This document shows, one piece after another, positions 51,500-64,000 of a stretch of 64,000 nt of DNA. The stretch is from Octopus bimaculoides (taxonomy: Eukaryota): assembly GCF_001194135.2 (NCBI RefSeq), contig NC_068982.1, positions 166,617,138-166,681,137 of the forward strand. The letters are read 5' to 3'. Under the pieces are notes generated by a model. It had not been told where the DNA came from and searched no databases. It worked only from the letters and a program-made list of their open reading frames with translations. The translations under genes were made by a program, and so were the position numbers. Numbering within the stretch: position 1 is the first letter of the stretch; every line of letters starts with the position of its first letter.

Positions 51500-52720
51500 C
51501 ATGTGTACAATCACACACATACATACATACACGATGGCCATTTCCTCATTCCTGAGTGTAGTCATCCCTTGAAGCATTTCAGAATCAGTCTCAAGTGGGA
51601 ACAGCATGGCCATGACTTTTCAGGCCAGTAAATGACCTACTCTCTTTGCCACGGATTTTACATATATCATTGCCCCCAGTTGTTGATCAGCATGCGCTTT
51701 CATATGTCATTTCAAATCCCCAGCCTTAGCTGATAAGCAAACCTTGCTGCATTCATGGCATGCTGTATATGGTGCAATGCAAGTCAACTCTTTGTATGTA
51801 GCTTCTTTTGTGACGTTTCTGTGTTACTCTGCTGAAGTAGACTCTCACATTCAGTTACATGTCAGCTCACTCTGGTCACCCACATTTCCTGGAAATATCA
51901 CATCTACACTCTTTCTTGCATCCCTCTTCAGCATTTCAGAATCTCCTCAAGCTATTTTAAAGTTCTCGCTCCCATCATATCTTGCTTTCCTTCATCTTGC
52001 ACTTTCAGTTACAGTTTTTTCCCAGTCCTTTTCCAAGATGTTAGCTTTCTTCAGCTGAAATTCATGAGGTGGATGTTTTCCAATCCCCATCTTACCATAC
52101 AGGAAATGCTTAGGAGTCCTGCAGTCCTCCATTTTCAACAAGTGACCCACCCATCGGAGTCAGTGATGTAAAATGATTGACTCAGTGACTTCTTTTAAAG
52201 ATTTCAACATCACACACCTAAATTTTCCAACACAGGCCCAAGATATGACATAAGCACTGATGCTTTCAATATGTTACCCACATCTCACAAGTATACAACA
52301 GGGAGGTAAACACATACATAATATAAATCTTCACTTTAGTATCAGCAGAGATAGCATGTTGAAATGACAGGCAATTTTCCAACTTTCTGAAAGCATCACT
52401 GCCATGTAACAGGTATCATACAATCTGTCTTTCACTCTGAGGGATAGGCCCTTAGTCACCAACAAAGGTAGAAGCTCTCAAAACTTTGCCCAGCCTGTTC
52501 TTATCCTAGCAACTACATCTTCAGAACTCCTTCCCACACTGCTAATTTGGTTCCTTTTGAATCCTTGTATGTTAGATATATAATCTATGAAGCAGGGGGA
52601 AAAGAAAGTATATATATGATGCATTACTATTACTATTACACAAGACTCAGTGCTTTTAATCATGCTTCACAGTGAACTGCTACCAACTCGAACTGCCAAT
52701 CGCTCACAGTTCTTTGTTTT
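51500..52720 (-). mobile_element. Degenerate RTE-like LINE fragments
   Basis: EDVVARIRTGWAKF and related RT C-terminal residues. Confidence 0.5.
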
Positions 52721-53059
52721 ATAACAATGAAACAATGCACCTTTAGTCACTTGGAGGATGGTTGAAATTCTTGTTCAACATCACCCCATTTTAGAATAAG
52801 TCTCCCCTATCTTCCCTTTTGAGAATTGAACTCTACTCAGAGTTTTAATATCTCTTATGCTTAGGGTTCAGTTCCAACGTAAAAATCAGCACACATCATC
52901 ATCATCATTGTTTAATGTCTGCTTTCCATGCTGGCATGGGTCTCTGATCTTATTATTCTTTTTCTTAACGATCACAGTTGGTGATGCAGATTCAGTGTAT
53001 TCCAAGTTTCTCTGACTCTAAGTTTATCTGTTCTAATGCTGCAAACGGTACAGTTAAAT

Positions 53060-54015
53060 GTCGGTATGGCGTTTTCTTGTATTTGAAACCATGCCTTTAT
53101 TTTGGTACACAGACCTAATTTATAAGACAGAACTTCAGGAAAAATATAAAAAAAATTTTTTTCAATTTGTTTGATGATTTATTTGTACTGAAGGAAAAAC
53201 CATTCACCTTTTTACAGAAAAAATTTATGGGAAGGTTCCATAAGTTAAATAATTCCATCCAGTCAGTACTGAATAAATTTGTGGTATTATTTAACACAAA
53301 ATCTTTAGCTTTTAAGGTTTTTTTACGAAATGTGTTGTTACTTATCAATTTGACCTTAAAATATAATTTTTTTCCTGAAACACCATGGACAAGTTTTGAA
53401 GTTAGGTCTCCTGATCTTTTTCCATGTATTTGTGTCAATTATTGAGATGTCACTGCATGTATCCAACTGTATCTTTATGTTTGTATTTTTAACAAACACA
53501 AATTTTCTTCAAGGCTCGTTTGTATTTTTTGTCACTGATAATCCATTTATGCGATTTTTTCTGTTGAACGTTTTTTAGATTCTGTTCTACAATGTAACTT
53601 TTTATGGCCTATTTTACCACACTTTAAGCATTTTATACTTTTAAATGGACAGTTATTTTTAAAATGTAGACCACCACACCCATAACATGGATTCAGTTTT
53701 GACATTCTTTTCTCTTGTTTCTGGTCAACACATTTGAATCTGAGAACAATCGTTCTCTTCATTTTTATTTCCATCATGTCTTAGATTAATAACCCTCTGA
53801 CATTCTTCTGCTACTGCATGTAAAGTTAAATTTTGGTCTTGTTCTAATTTTGTTAATATCTGGGAATATATATCTGCATCTTTGTTTGCAGTAAAATCTT
53901 GAACAAAAATTGAACACTTGAACATGTCGGGGGTTGACTCATCCAATTTGAATTTCTCACACTCTCTGTTAACCACTCCAGCATAGATGATGAAATCATC
54001 ATCTTTTTTAACCAA
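53060..54015 (-). mobile_element. Ty3/Gypsy (K02A2.6-like) gag-protease remnant
   Basis: Gag segment NRECEKFKL...KLEQDQNLTL...AEECQRVINLRHD; zinc knuckles CYGCGGLH..NNC and CLKCGKIGH; retropepsin-like VHGVSGKKL...NLFSTDWMELFNLW. Confidence 0.8.
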
Positions 54016-54142
54016 ATTTAAACACTGCCAGTGAGTATTGAACAGGGAACTTCTTCCACTGAAAATTTTCGATAAAATACTGTTTCATCAAAACAAATCT
54101 CACCTACCTTCTTCGACAGAATATAATTACCATATTTTTTGT

Positions 54143-54430
<288 letters not shown>

Positions 54431-55793
54431 NNNNNNNNNNNNNNNNNNNNNNNNNNNNNNNNNNNNNNNNNNNNNNNNNNNNNNNNNNNNNNNNNNNNNN
54501 NNNNNNNNNNNNNNNNNNNNNNNNNNNNNNNNNNNNNNNNNNNNNNNNNNNNNNNNNNNNNNNNNNNNNNNNNNNNNNNNNNNNNNNNNNNNNNNNNNNN
54601 NNNNNNNNNNNNNNNNNNNNNNNNNNNNNNNNNNNNNNNNNNNNNNNNNNNNNNNNNNNNNNNNNNNNNNNNNNNNNNNNNNNNNNNNNNNNNNNNNNNN
54701 NNNNNNNNNNNNNNNNNNNNNNNNNNNNNNNNNNNNNNNNNNNNNNNNNNNNNNNNNNNNNNNNNNNNNNNNNNNNNNNNNNNNNNNNNNNNNNNNNNNN
54801 NNNNNNNNNNNNNNNNNNNNNNNNNNNNNNNNNNNNNNNNNNNNNNNNNNNNNNNNNNNNNNNNNNNNNNNNNNNNNNNNNNNNNNNNNNNNNNNNNNNN
54901 NNNNNNNNNNNNNNNNNNNNNNNNNNNNNNNNNNNNNNNNNNNNNNNNNNNNNNNNNNNNNNNNNNNNNNNNNNNNNNNNNNNNNNNNNNNNNNNNNNNN
55001 NNNNNNNNNNNNNNNNNNNNNNNNNNNNNNNNNNTATATATATATATATATATATATATTCACACACACACATACAATAAAGTATATAGGGATAAATTAT
55101 CCAGGTAGGTGCCATATGAGCACTCAGTTATAGTCTAGGTTCAGGCAGTCACATCAAATAGTAGGAAGTACCTAGGATTGCAACTACACATTCTCTATGC
55201 AGCAGAAACATGTGTTGGTCATAGTAACCTATTATACTGCATAATTAATTGGAAAAATTAAAAAATAAATTTGAAGATGTACCACAATCACTGAAATTGT
55301 TTGAAGATATACCAGTGTCTATAGTCTTTGTATTTGTTTATTTTAACCTATATGCATATATACATATGACATCAGATTGGCAGGGTCATTGAGTGTCAGA
55401 TAGAGCACCTTGTAATATATGATCTAGCTCTCTGTGTTCTTTGTTCAAGTTTTGCTTTGGCCAACTTCACTTCCATCCTTCCAAGGCTGATAAATTAAGT
55501 ATCAGTCCAGGGTGATGGGTTGATTGAATGTTAGTGTGGTAAGTGCAACCTTGTGACATCTGTTTCAGGTCTGTGCATCCCAAGACCAAATGTCACTTAT
55601 GACCAGTAAAAAAAAAAAAAAAATGGTAATAGACTTGGGAAGTCCTTAAGCAAGTACCCAAATATTCCAGCCAACTGTCTAAGCCAGCACAATAGTTGGC
55701 AGCAGAGAATGAAAAAAAAAAATCATTCAAATCCGATGCACGCCCCACCTCACGTTCTTGTGTGTATATAATTATATATCTATATATACAGTG

Positions 55794-55847
<54 letters not shown>

Positions 55848-56660
55848 CATATATACATACATGCAGACATACATACATACATAAATAGAGAGAGGTAGGG
55901 GAGAGGTGGTGAAAGAGAGAGAGCATACTTAGGCACGTAGTTCATTGGAATATATGCAAAAATAAATAAATATTTGTATGTATTTATATAAATATTAAGT
56001 TTTATGCATACCCTGACTCATACATATACCCATAAACCTATGTACTATATGCATCTAACTGATGTGAATTCAAGAGATCTTAAGTTTTCAATAACATTTA
56101 CAAAATTAACATCTACGCATTGTATTGAGAGTGTTTTGTGTTGTGCCCAAGCCAAGGTACATAACTCTTATTACCTTAGTTTGTTGTAAACGGTTTTAAT
56201 ATATTTCACAAATACCTAAGGCAGGAGGTTAGCAGAATAATTAGCAAGGCTAGAGATTCCTGGGGAGTAGATAAATCGATTACATCGTCCCTAGTCCTTA
56301 ACTGGTATTTATTTTATCGATCCCTAAAGGATGAAAGGCAAAGCCGCCCTCGGGGGAATTTGAACTCGACACGTGATGACAGACGAAATGCCTCCAAGCA
56401 TTTTTGTCTGGTGTGTTAACTATTCAGCATGGTTTCAAATTTTGGCACAAGGCCAGCAATTTCAGGGGCGGAGGGTAGTGGGGGGATGGAACCAGTCAAT
56501 TATATCGATCCCAGTATTCTACTTGTATTGTTTTATCAACCCCAAAAGGATGAAAGGCAAAGTCGACCCCAGCAGAATTTGAACTCAGAACGTAAAGACA
56601 GACGAAATACATTTTGTCCAGCCTACTGCCTTAATAAAAATAATAATAATAATAATAAAA

Positions 56661-57200
56661 TGCCCTGATGCAGTACCAGATAATGGCTTCATGGCTTCTG
56701 ATCGTAACTGATTAGAAGTGTAATCATGTACATGTTTTGTCTTGGTATAAAAGATGGGCTACAGCAAATATTCTGCTCAGTACCACAGATTTGCATGTCA
56801 GTTGCTTAACCTTAACCAGTTGAGCATGTCCTTTAATAGCTGACAATAAGTGCATCTGATCCTGAGCAGGAGTAGTGGGGGAGCATCATAGCCATGTGTT
56901 GACAGGAATTCTTTGTAGTTTGAATAATTCACCCCTGGAAACATGTGTGTTTATTTTTATCATCCTTAAACAAACCTTATTCAGTGATCTTTTGGGTGAG
57001 ATAGGCTACTTGACTTGAAGAAAATTCTAACCAGGCCCCACCTGCAAGGTCATGCGCTGTTTATCTTGATATAAGATCACCATATCAAGCACATATGGTT
57101 GTGATGCATGTACCTAGTGTATCCTTATCGGATGGGTATATTGGGTTACGTATATTTGTACCCCAGTGTCACTTTGATGGCATGCACTGCTCTTTCACTC
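56661..57200. repeat. About 540-bp non-coding interspersed element, copy 1, in (AAT)n
   Basis: Collinear and highly similar to 57656-58206; (AAT)n on both sides. Confidence 0.8.
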
Positions 57201-57216
57201 AATAATAATAATAATA

Positions 57217-57460
57217 GTTATTGCGGCACTGAGTGTATTAACAAACAGATTTGAGAAATTTGTTGGAGACATTGGGATTGACATGAAGTAGAACATGCTC
57301 ATAAAACTGCTCTTTTGGGGCCAATGAGGATTTTGAGATTGGTACTTTGTTGTTAAGTAGAAAGAGACCATGCAAGATTCTTGACAGCAGATTGTTGTCC
57401 AGTCTTTGCAGTATTAACTAGAGCAAGTGAAATCAAGAGCTCTGAGAAGTGAAATGGAAA
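57217..57460 (+). mobile_element. 3' end of an R4/Dong-type (restriction-like endonuclease) non-LTR element
   Basis: VIAALSVLTNRFEKFVGDIGID / VEHAHKTALLGPMRILRLVL* (one frameshift), resembling the R4-clade C-terminal KTALLGTARILRKVL; flanked on both sides by (AAT)n. Confidence 0.6.
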
Positions 57461-57473
57461 TAATAATAACAAC

Positions 57474-57514
<41 letters not shown>

Positions 57515-57602
57515 TAAGCTGGGAATGCATACAACGAGTTTCTCTGCCCTAGGTGTACGGAAAACACTCGGCGAGAAATGGAAGAAAATTTGAAGAAAGA
57601 AG

Positions 57603-57633
<31 letters not shown>

Positions 57634-57655
57634 TATAAAGGGAATTGGAATAATA

Positions 57656-58206
57656 ATGCAGTACCAGGCAGTGGCTTTCATGGCTCCTGATCTTAATTAA
57701 TTGGAAGTGTTATCATGTACATTGTTTTGTCTTGGTATAAAAGATGGGCTACAACAAATATTCTGCATAATACCACAGATTTGCTTGTCAGTTGTTTGAC
57801 CTTAACCAGTTGAGCGTGTCCCTTGATGGCTGACGATATGTGCATCTCTGATCATGAGCAGAAGTAGTGGGGGGGGGCATCATAGCCATGTGTTGAGAGG
57901 AATTCTTTGGGGTTTGTATAATTAACTTTTGGAAACATGGGTGTTTTGCTCAACATCCTTAAACAAACCTTATTCAGGGACCTTTTGAGTGGGATGGGCT
58001 ATTCGACCTGAAGAAAATTCTAAGTGGGCCCCCACCTGCAAGGTCATGCACTGTTTATCTTGATATGAGATCACCATGTCGCGCACATATGGTTGTGATG
58101 CATGTGCCTGGTGTACGCTTATCAGACGGGTAGTTATGATGGGTATACTGGGCTTCGTATATTTTACCCCAGTGTCACTTTGATGGCATGCACTGCTCTC
58201 TCACTC
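57656..58206. repeat. About 550-bp non-coding interspersed element, copy 2, in (AAT)n
   Basis: Same orientation as copy 1; begins atgcagtacc and ends ctcactc-aataat. Confidence 0.8.
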
Positions 58207-59124
58207 AATAATAATTAAAATAATGTTTTCAACTTTTGACACAAGACTAGCAATGTTAGGGAAAGGGATGGTCAATTACATTGACCTTAGTACTTGGTTG
58301 GTACTTATTTTACTTATTCCAACCACCATGGAATTTGAACTCAGACCATTAAGAACTAGAAGAAATGCTGCTAAGTATTTAGTTTGATGTGCTAACATAT
58401 CTGCCAGCTCACTACCTTTGGTTTCAAATTTTGACACAAAGCCAGGAGTTTTAGGAGAGAGGAGGGTAAGTTGATTTTATTGACCCTGCCCTCCCGCCAG
58501 TATTCAACTGATGCATATTTCATTGGCAGTGATAGGATGAAAGACAAAGTGCATAAACACATCAGGAGTAACGTTAGTGAATTCTGGGAAGCATGGAATG
58601 ACACAGGTTCGAAATGTTATTCATAGTTCCAAATCTGAAGCATGCAATCCTCAAAATAAAGACATTATGAGAAATTTTGCTTGTATATTGAACTGCTCCA
58701 AGAAACTATGAATATATGTTTTGAATTTTTTTTCAGTGATATTTCAAATTTTCATCAATCACTTATGATAGTACATTGTTACATATTTAAGAAAATTGTA
58801 TTTATTTTCTTTTATTTATGCTGTTGTTTAGGGCAAGGTTAACTGTAACCCAAAACCTTCTAATTATTATCATATTGTCTTTTTTTTTCGCCCAGTGTAC
58901 TTGGTATAAATGTTATTTTATTAAATTCTTAATTATTTTTAGAATTAACTTGGGAAAATGTAGCATATTTCAACTGAAAAATTATAACAAAAGTTTAAAT
59001 TATAAGAAAGAGGGTTATTTCAGGTTGGTATTGTAGTTATGCTTTGATTCTTCTTGATTTTGTTGTTAATAATACTGTTGTCATATATCTGTACTCCAAA
59101 GGTCGATCTCCATTAACTATAAAA

Positions 59125-59232
59125 ATGAATTTCGCTCAAACGGAAAGCATCATCAAAAATATAATCAGAGAAATCAGCCAAGAATGTGTCAATAAAGGTC
59201 ACACCGTCTCAGAAACTCTAGTAGCTTTCATG
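59125..59232 (+). CDS. CFAP206: First coding exon of cilia- and flagella-associated protein 206 (C6orf165 orthologue)
   Basis: Translates as MNFAQTESIIKNIIREISQECVNKGHTVSETLVAFM, matching the vertebrate CFAP206 N-terminus (MPPTQAESVIRSIIREIGQECAAHGEIVSETLIAFM, recalled from memory). Followed by a phase-0 GTAAGT donor at 59233. A likely acceptor (ccaaag|G) at 59100/59101 implies an upstream non-coding exon. Later exons were not found in the window. Confidence 0.85.
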
Positions 59233-59383
59233 GTAAGTAGTAACAGCTGTTTAATAAAATTTCATATTTTTCTTCTTTCCTTTTTCAGGTAGTGCTATAC
59301 ACTTCTTGTATGCGTATAGAAAAAACTGTGTCATCTTTCTCCCTCCTCACATTTCTCTCTCTGTCTCTCTGTAAATATATGTA

Positions 59384-59435
<52 letters not shown>

Positions 59436-59594
59436 ATATGTGTGTGTGTGTGTGTGTGTGTGAGCATGTGTGTATTTTCTACACACTTAACATCATCCAT
59501 GAGTCTATTATAAATGGGGAAGAAAAATGCCTTGTTTGTTGAAATACCATATAAAGAACTGCCAGTCAGTATGTTATAATGGCTGCAATGAATG

Positions 59595-60440
59595 ACATCA
59601 TCATCATCATTGTTTAACGTCCACTTTCCATGCTGGCATGGGTTGGACGATTTGACTGAGGACTGGCAAACCGGATGGCTGCACAAGGCTCCAATCTGAT
59701 CTGGCAGAGTTTTTACAGCTGGATGCCCTTCCTAACACCAACCACTCCAAGAGTGTAGTGGGTGCTTTTACGTGCCATCAGCATGAGGGCCAGTCAGGCG
59801 GTACTAGCAACAGCCACGCTCAAAATGGTGTTTTTTATGTTCCACCTGTACAGGAGTCTGTCCAATGTTTTGTTCACATGCTACCGGCACAAGTGCTAGT
59901 ATGGCGAAGCTGGAAATGATCGCGATTGGAAGCAACACCGCTGCTCTGGCAACAATAGCAACAAGGATATACAAAGTTAATGTAGTATGATCGTTTCATG
60001 CGACTCCATTTTGACTTTAACCACCTTATTTTGAAACTGTATGGATAATACCATACTTAATTCTGGTGCCTAAACTTAAGTACCATATTCACCTGAATCT
60101 AAATTTTATATATATATATATCATCATCATCATCATCATCATCATCGTTTAACGTCTGCTTTCCATGCTAGCATGGGTTGGATGATTTGATTGAGGACTG
60201 GCGAACCAGATGGCTGCACCAGGCTCCAATCTGATCTGGCAGTGTTTCTACTGCTGGATACCCTTTCTAATGCCAACCACTCTGAGTGTGTAGTGGGTGC
60301 TTTTACGTGCCACCGGCATGAGGGCCAGTCAGGCGGTACTGGCAACGGCCATGCCCAAAATGGTGTTTTTTACGTGCCACCTGCACAGGAGCCAGTTCAG
60401 CGGCACTGGCTACGACCTCGCTCGAATGTTTTTTCAGGTG
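59595..60440 (-). repeat. Two tandem RTE 3'UTR copies in CFAP206 intron 1
   Basis: (atc)n-gtttaacgtc...catgctggcatggg...ggatgcccttcctaa at 59595 and 60120. Confidence 0.8.
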
Positions 60441-60529
<89 letters not shown>

Positions 60530-61419
60530 TGTATGGATGGATGTATATATATGAATGTATATGTATCTATATATGTATAAATGACAGATCCCCAATTAAG
60601 GGCTGCATAGTCATGTGGTGGTTGGGGTATTCTGCATATCTGCTGCAACGAAATACTACCAATTCCATACTTTCAGGTATATAGGTGTACTGTTGGCAGG
60701 TGGTAGTGGTGGCGGTGGAGGCAGAAGCATCACTTGTTGTTGTTGTTGTTCTGCTGCTGCTGCTGCTGTTGTTGTTAACTTCATGTCATCTCTGATCAAG
60801 TGGATGTATGGTATTCATGTTGTCAGCTGAATGATTAGTTGCAAGTTTCAGATATGTTTATTCCTCAGTCATACCACGACTCCATCTTGCTATGACCATA
60901 TCTCATAATCTAGTATCTCGTATGACAGTCTGGACCATTTACACTCTCTCTCTCTGCTGCTTGATCTATTTCTGTGGTGGCAAGTGAAGACAAGTGGAAA
61001 CAAGTGGAGGCATACAAGGTGAACTTAGTCAAAATGTGATGTTTGCAATTCCTCTGCACTGAAATATGAAAATATAAATGTGTCCTGAGCCATGAGGGTA
61101 GGGTTTTTAATTGCTCTTAACATTTAACGAAATACTAAATTAAAGTCTGTCTCAGGTCTATAGGCTCATAAGGGCAGAGCTTATCCAGAATTTCACGATG
61201 TTTAGTTTCAGAGTATAAAATTCCTTTCCTAAATGGGATGCCAGCCTATTGCAAAGTTAACCTTCAAGTGCTCATTTTCAGCTGAGGGTACTGGAACAAT
61301 GTGAAATGAAGTGTTTTGCTGAAGGATAAAAAGTGTGGTGCTGTTTGAAAATTGAACCCTTGATCTAATGACCATAAGGCCAACACTCTAACCACTTGGC
61401 TGTGAGCCTTCATTGACAT

Positions 61420-62115
61420 TAAAGGAGATAATCCTACATGATATGTATCTACATGGCAATGAAATATGGGATTTGACTACAGAAGACTTATGAAAGCTTG
61501 AAAGAAATTAAGCTAGCCTTCTCTGCTGGATGGGTAATGTTTGTGTGCATGTAAGAGAAAAATTGTGTAGAAGAGGCATTAGATGTTGTGTGCAAGAGAG
61601 AAGATTGCACTGGTTTGGTGGCTTGGTCATATGACGTGTATGGATAAGGACAGCAGCATAAAGAAGTGCCAAGCTCTAATTGTGGAGGGAACCTATGGAA
61701 GGGGTAGACCCAGGAAGATGTGGGACAAAGTGGTGAGAAGGGATCTTTGGATGCTGGGCCTTACTGAAGAAATGACAAGGAACTTGGAGTTATAGCAATT
61801 TGCTGTACTTGAGAAGATGCATAAAGCTAAGTAAAATCACTGTTGCCCATCCATACATACAAGCTTGTCCCTTACAGATGCTGGTGCCACTTGTGCCGGT
61901 GCTGCCTAAACACACCTGTGCTAGTCAAACGTAAAAAGCACACTGTAAAATGGTTGGCATTAGGAAGGGCATCCTAATGTAGAAACCATGCTACAACAGA
62001 CAATTGGAGTCTGGACAGCTCCTTGGCTGGTTAGCTCCTGTCAAACTGTTCAGTCCATGCCAGCATGGAAAACAGACGTTAGACAATGACGATGATCATC
62101 TTCATGATCATGATG
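61420..62115 (+). mobile_element. RTE LINE 3' end plus 3'UTR
   Basis: WLGHMTCMDKDS.IKKC...GRGRPRKMWDKVV..DL, then the standard 3'UTR and (gat)n. Confidence 0.8.
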
Positions 62116-62224
62116 ATAGAATGCAAATTCTATAAATTATCATTCCTAGAGAATCTGTTATCTACTCCTGGTTGCCAGGTCAAGTGTCTTGCTCAAAGAC
62201 AATATATTTGCAGTAGATGTTTTA

Positions 62225-62830
62225 ACTCAGACATTGATTGGTGTAGGAGTGGTTGTGTGGTAAGTAGCTTGCTTACAAACCACATGGTTCTGGGTTCGGT
62301 CCCACTGCGTGGCACCTTGGGCAAGTGTCTTCTACTATAGCCTCGGGCAGACCAAAGCCTTGAGTGGATTTGGTAGAAGGAAACTGAAAAAAGCCTGTTG
62401 TATATATATGTATATGTATATATATGTTTGTGGGTGTTTGTGTGTCTATGTTTGTNNNNNNNNNNNNNNNNNNNNNNNNNNNNNNNNNNNNNNNNNNNNN
62501 NNNNNNNNNNNNNNNNNNNNNNNNNNNNNNNNNNNNNNNNNNNNNNNNNNNNNNNNNNNNNNNNNNNNNNNNNNNNNNNNNNNNNNNNNNNNNNNNNNNN
62601 NNNNNNNNNNNNNNNNNNNNNNNNNNNNNNNNNNNNNNNNNNNNNNNNNAACATCACTTGACAACCGATGCTGGTGTGTTTACGTCCCCGTAACTTAGCG
62701 GTTCAGCAAAAGAGACCGATAGAATAAGTACTAGGCTTCCAAAGAATAAGTCCTGGGGTCGATTTGCTCGACTAAAGGCGGTGCTCCAGCATGGCCACAG
62801 TCAAATGACTGAAACAATTAAAAGAGTAAA
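62225..62830 (+). mobile_element. tRNA-derived SINE (family B) spanning a gap
   Basis: ggttcggtcccactgcgtggcacc... head and ...ccagcatggccacagtcaaatgactgaaac tail. Confidence 0.8.
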
Positions 62831-63844
62831 AGAGAGTATCTCATTTTTATTTTGGCTTCTATGATGAACCAAACATACAAGCTCTTACAGTCTCTAACAT
62901 CCTTACCTTCAATCATTGGCACATTATCAAACTGTGTCCTCTTCCTTTTTATTCTATAGCTACTACAACATCTGTTGCTTCTCTGAGCACACTTGTTTCT
63001 AAATCACTCCCACTCAAATGTATTCGATGCTTTTACTTTTCCTCATCCTTTTCCCTTCAGTGCATCTTCATCTGCCTTATTTCTGCTCTTATCAAATCTC
63101 TTTCTTATGAGCAAGTCATTCATCATCTGAAACTCTCCTCATTTGCTCCTTAATAACTAGTGTATGACATAAATTGGATGTGAACTCCATTAACCTCAAT
63201 TAGCTGTTACCTCCAGCTACCAAAATAAATTGAAAAAACCCCTCACATGCACACACATACACACACACGCATACACATACACACACTGACACACAAACAC
63301 ACACAAAGAAGAAAAAAAAAAGAGATCTGCAGGTCCTGTCCCTTTTTGTATGCATAATTAGTAACAAAAACTGCAAAGCAAACACAACAGACAGGGATTT
63401 GGTCATGGTTTCTGCAACTGCTTCTTTCTTCTCAATGTGTATGTGTTAGTGTTTGTGTGTGTGCATGCGAGCGTGCGTGTGTGCATATGTATGCACACTC
63501 TTGGCAAATATATTTACAGATGGCCAATTCTTTATTCTTTTACTTGTTTCAGTCATTTGACTGTAGCCATGCTGGGGTGCCACCTTGAAGAATTTTAGGC
63601 AAACAAATTGACCCTTGTACTTATTCTATCAGGCTTTTTTTTGCCGAACTGCTAAGTTACAGGGACATAAACACATCAATCTGCTCACAAGATTTTGGTC
63701 AGCCTGAGGCTATAATAGAAGATACATGCTTGCCCAAGGTGCCACACAATGGGTACTAAACCCAAAACCATGTGACTTACTGCACAACTATGCCTGTACA
63801 TTTGGTATCTTCAACATCATTAACAACCATAACTAATGACATGA

Positions 63845-63850
63845 ACAACT

Positions 63851-63882
<32 letters not shown>

Positions 63883-63924
63883 GCCGCTGCCGCCGCCACC
63901 ACTACCAGCAACAACAACAACAAT

Positions 63925-63978
<54 letters not shown>

Positions 63979-64000
63979 CGCCACCAAAACCACCACCACT
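63845..64000. repeat. Compound trinucleotide microsatellite (CTA)n/(GCC)n/(CAA)n/(CCA)n
   Basis: Direct reading; many other (CA)n, (TA)n, (GA)n, (AAT)n and (ATC)n tracts occur throughout. Confidence 0.95.

Noticed and set aside
58829-58845. X-box-like GTTGTTTAGGGCAAG near the CFAP206 exon
   Set aside because: Three mismatches to the consensus; it overlaps a likely splice-acceptor-type tract.

Overview
AT-rich, microsatellite-dense animal genomic DNA with five assembly gaps. The repeat families suggest a coleoid cephalopod, most likely Octopus (inference from repeat content). No prokaryotic operon, CRISPR array or rRNA is present. Most of the window is transposon debris: RTE LINE fragments and their 3'UTRs, tRNA-derived SINEs, mariner/Tc1, hAT and piggyBac MITEs, a non-autonomous Helitron, a Gypsy gag-protease remnant, a Tx1/L1 ORF2 fragment and an R4/Dong-type 3' end. 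One gene is recognisable: the first coding exon of CFAP206 (+, 59125-59232). A CpG-rich zone at about 27.7-34.4 kb contains a motif-dense, probably bidirectional promoter (YY1, E-box, CRE-ETS, RFX X-box) and candidate first exons of an unidentified minus-strand gene. The most unusual object is a 506-bp fold-back insertion (19284-19789) with an 11-bp target-site duplication. It joins a tRNA-like head, an (AAT)n tract and a Penelope-type minimal hammerhead ribozyme. Long near-perfect hairpins and a cluster of (AAT)n-targeted insertions are also notable.
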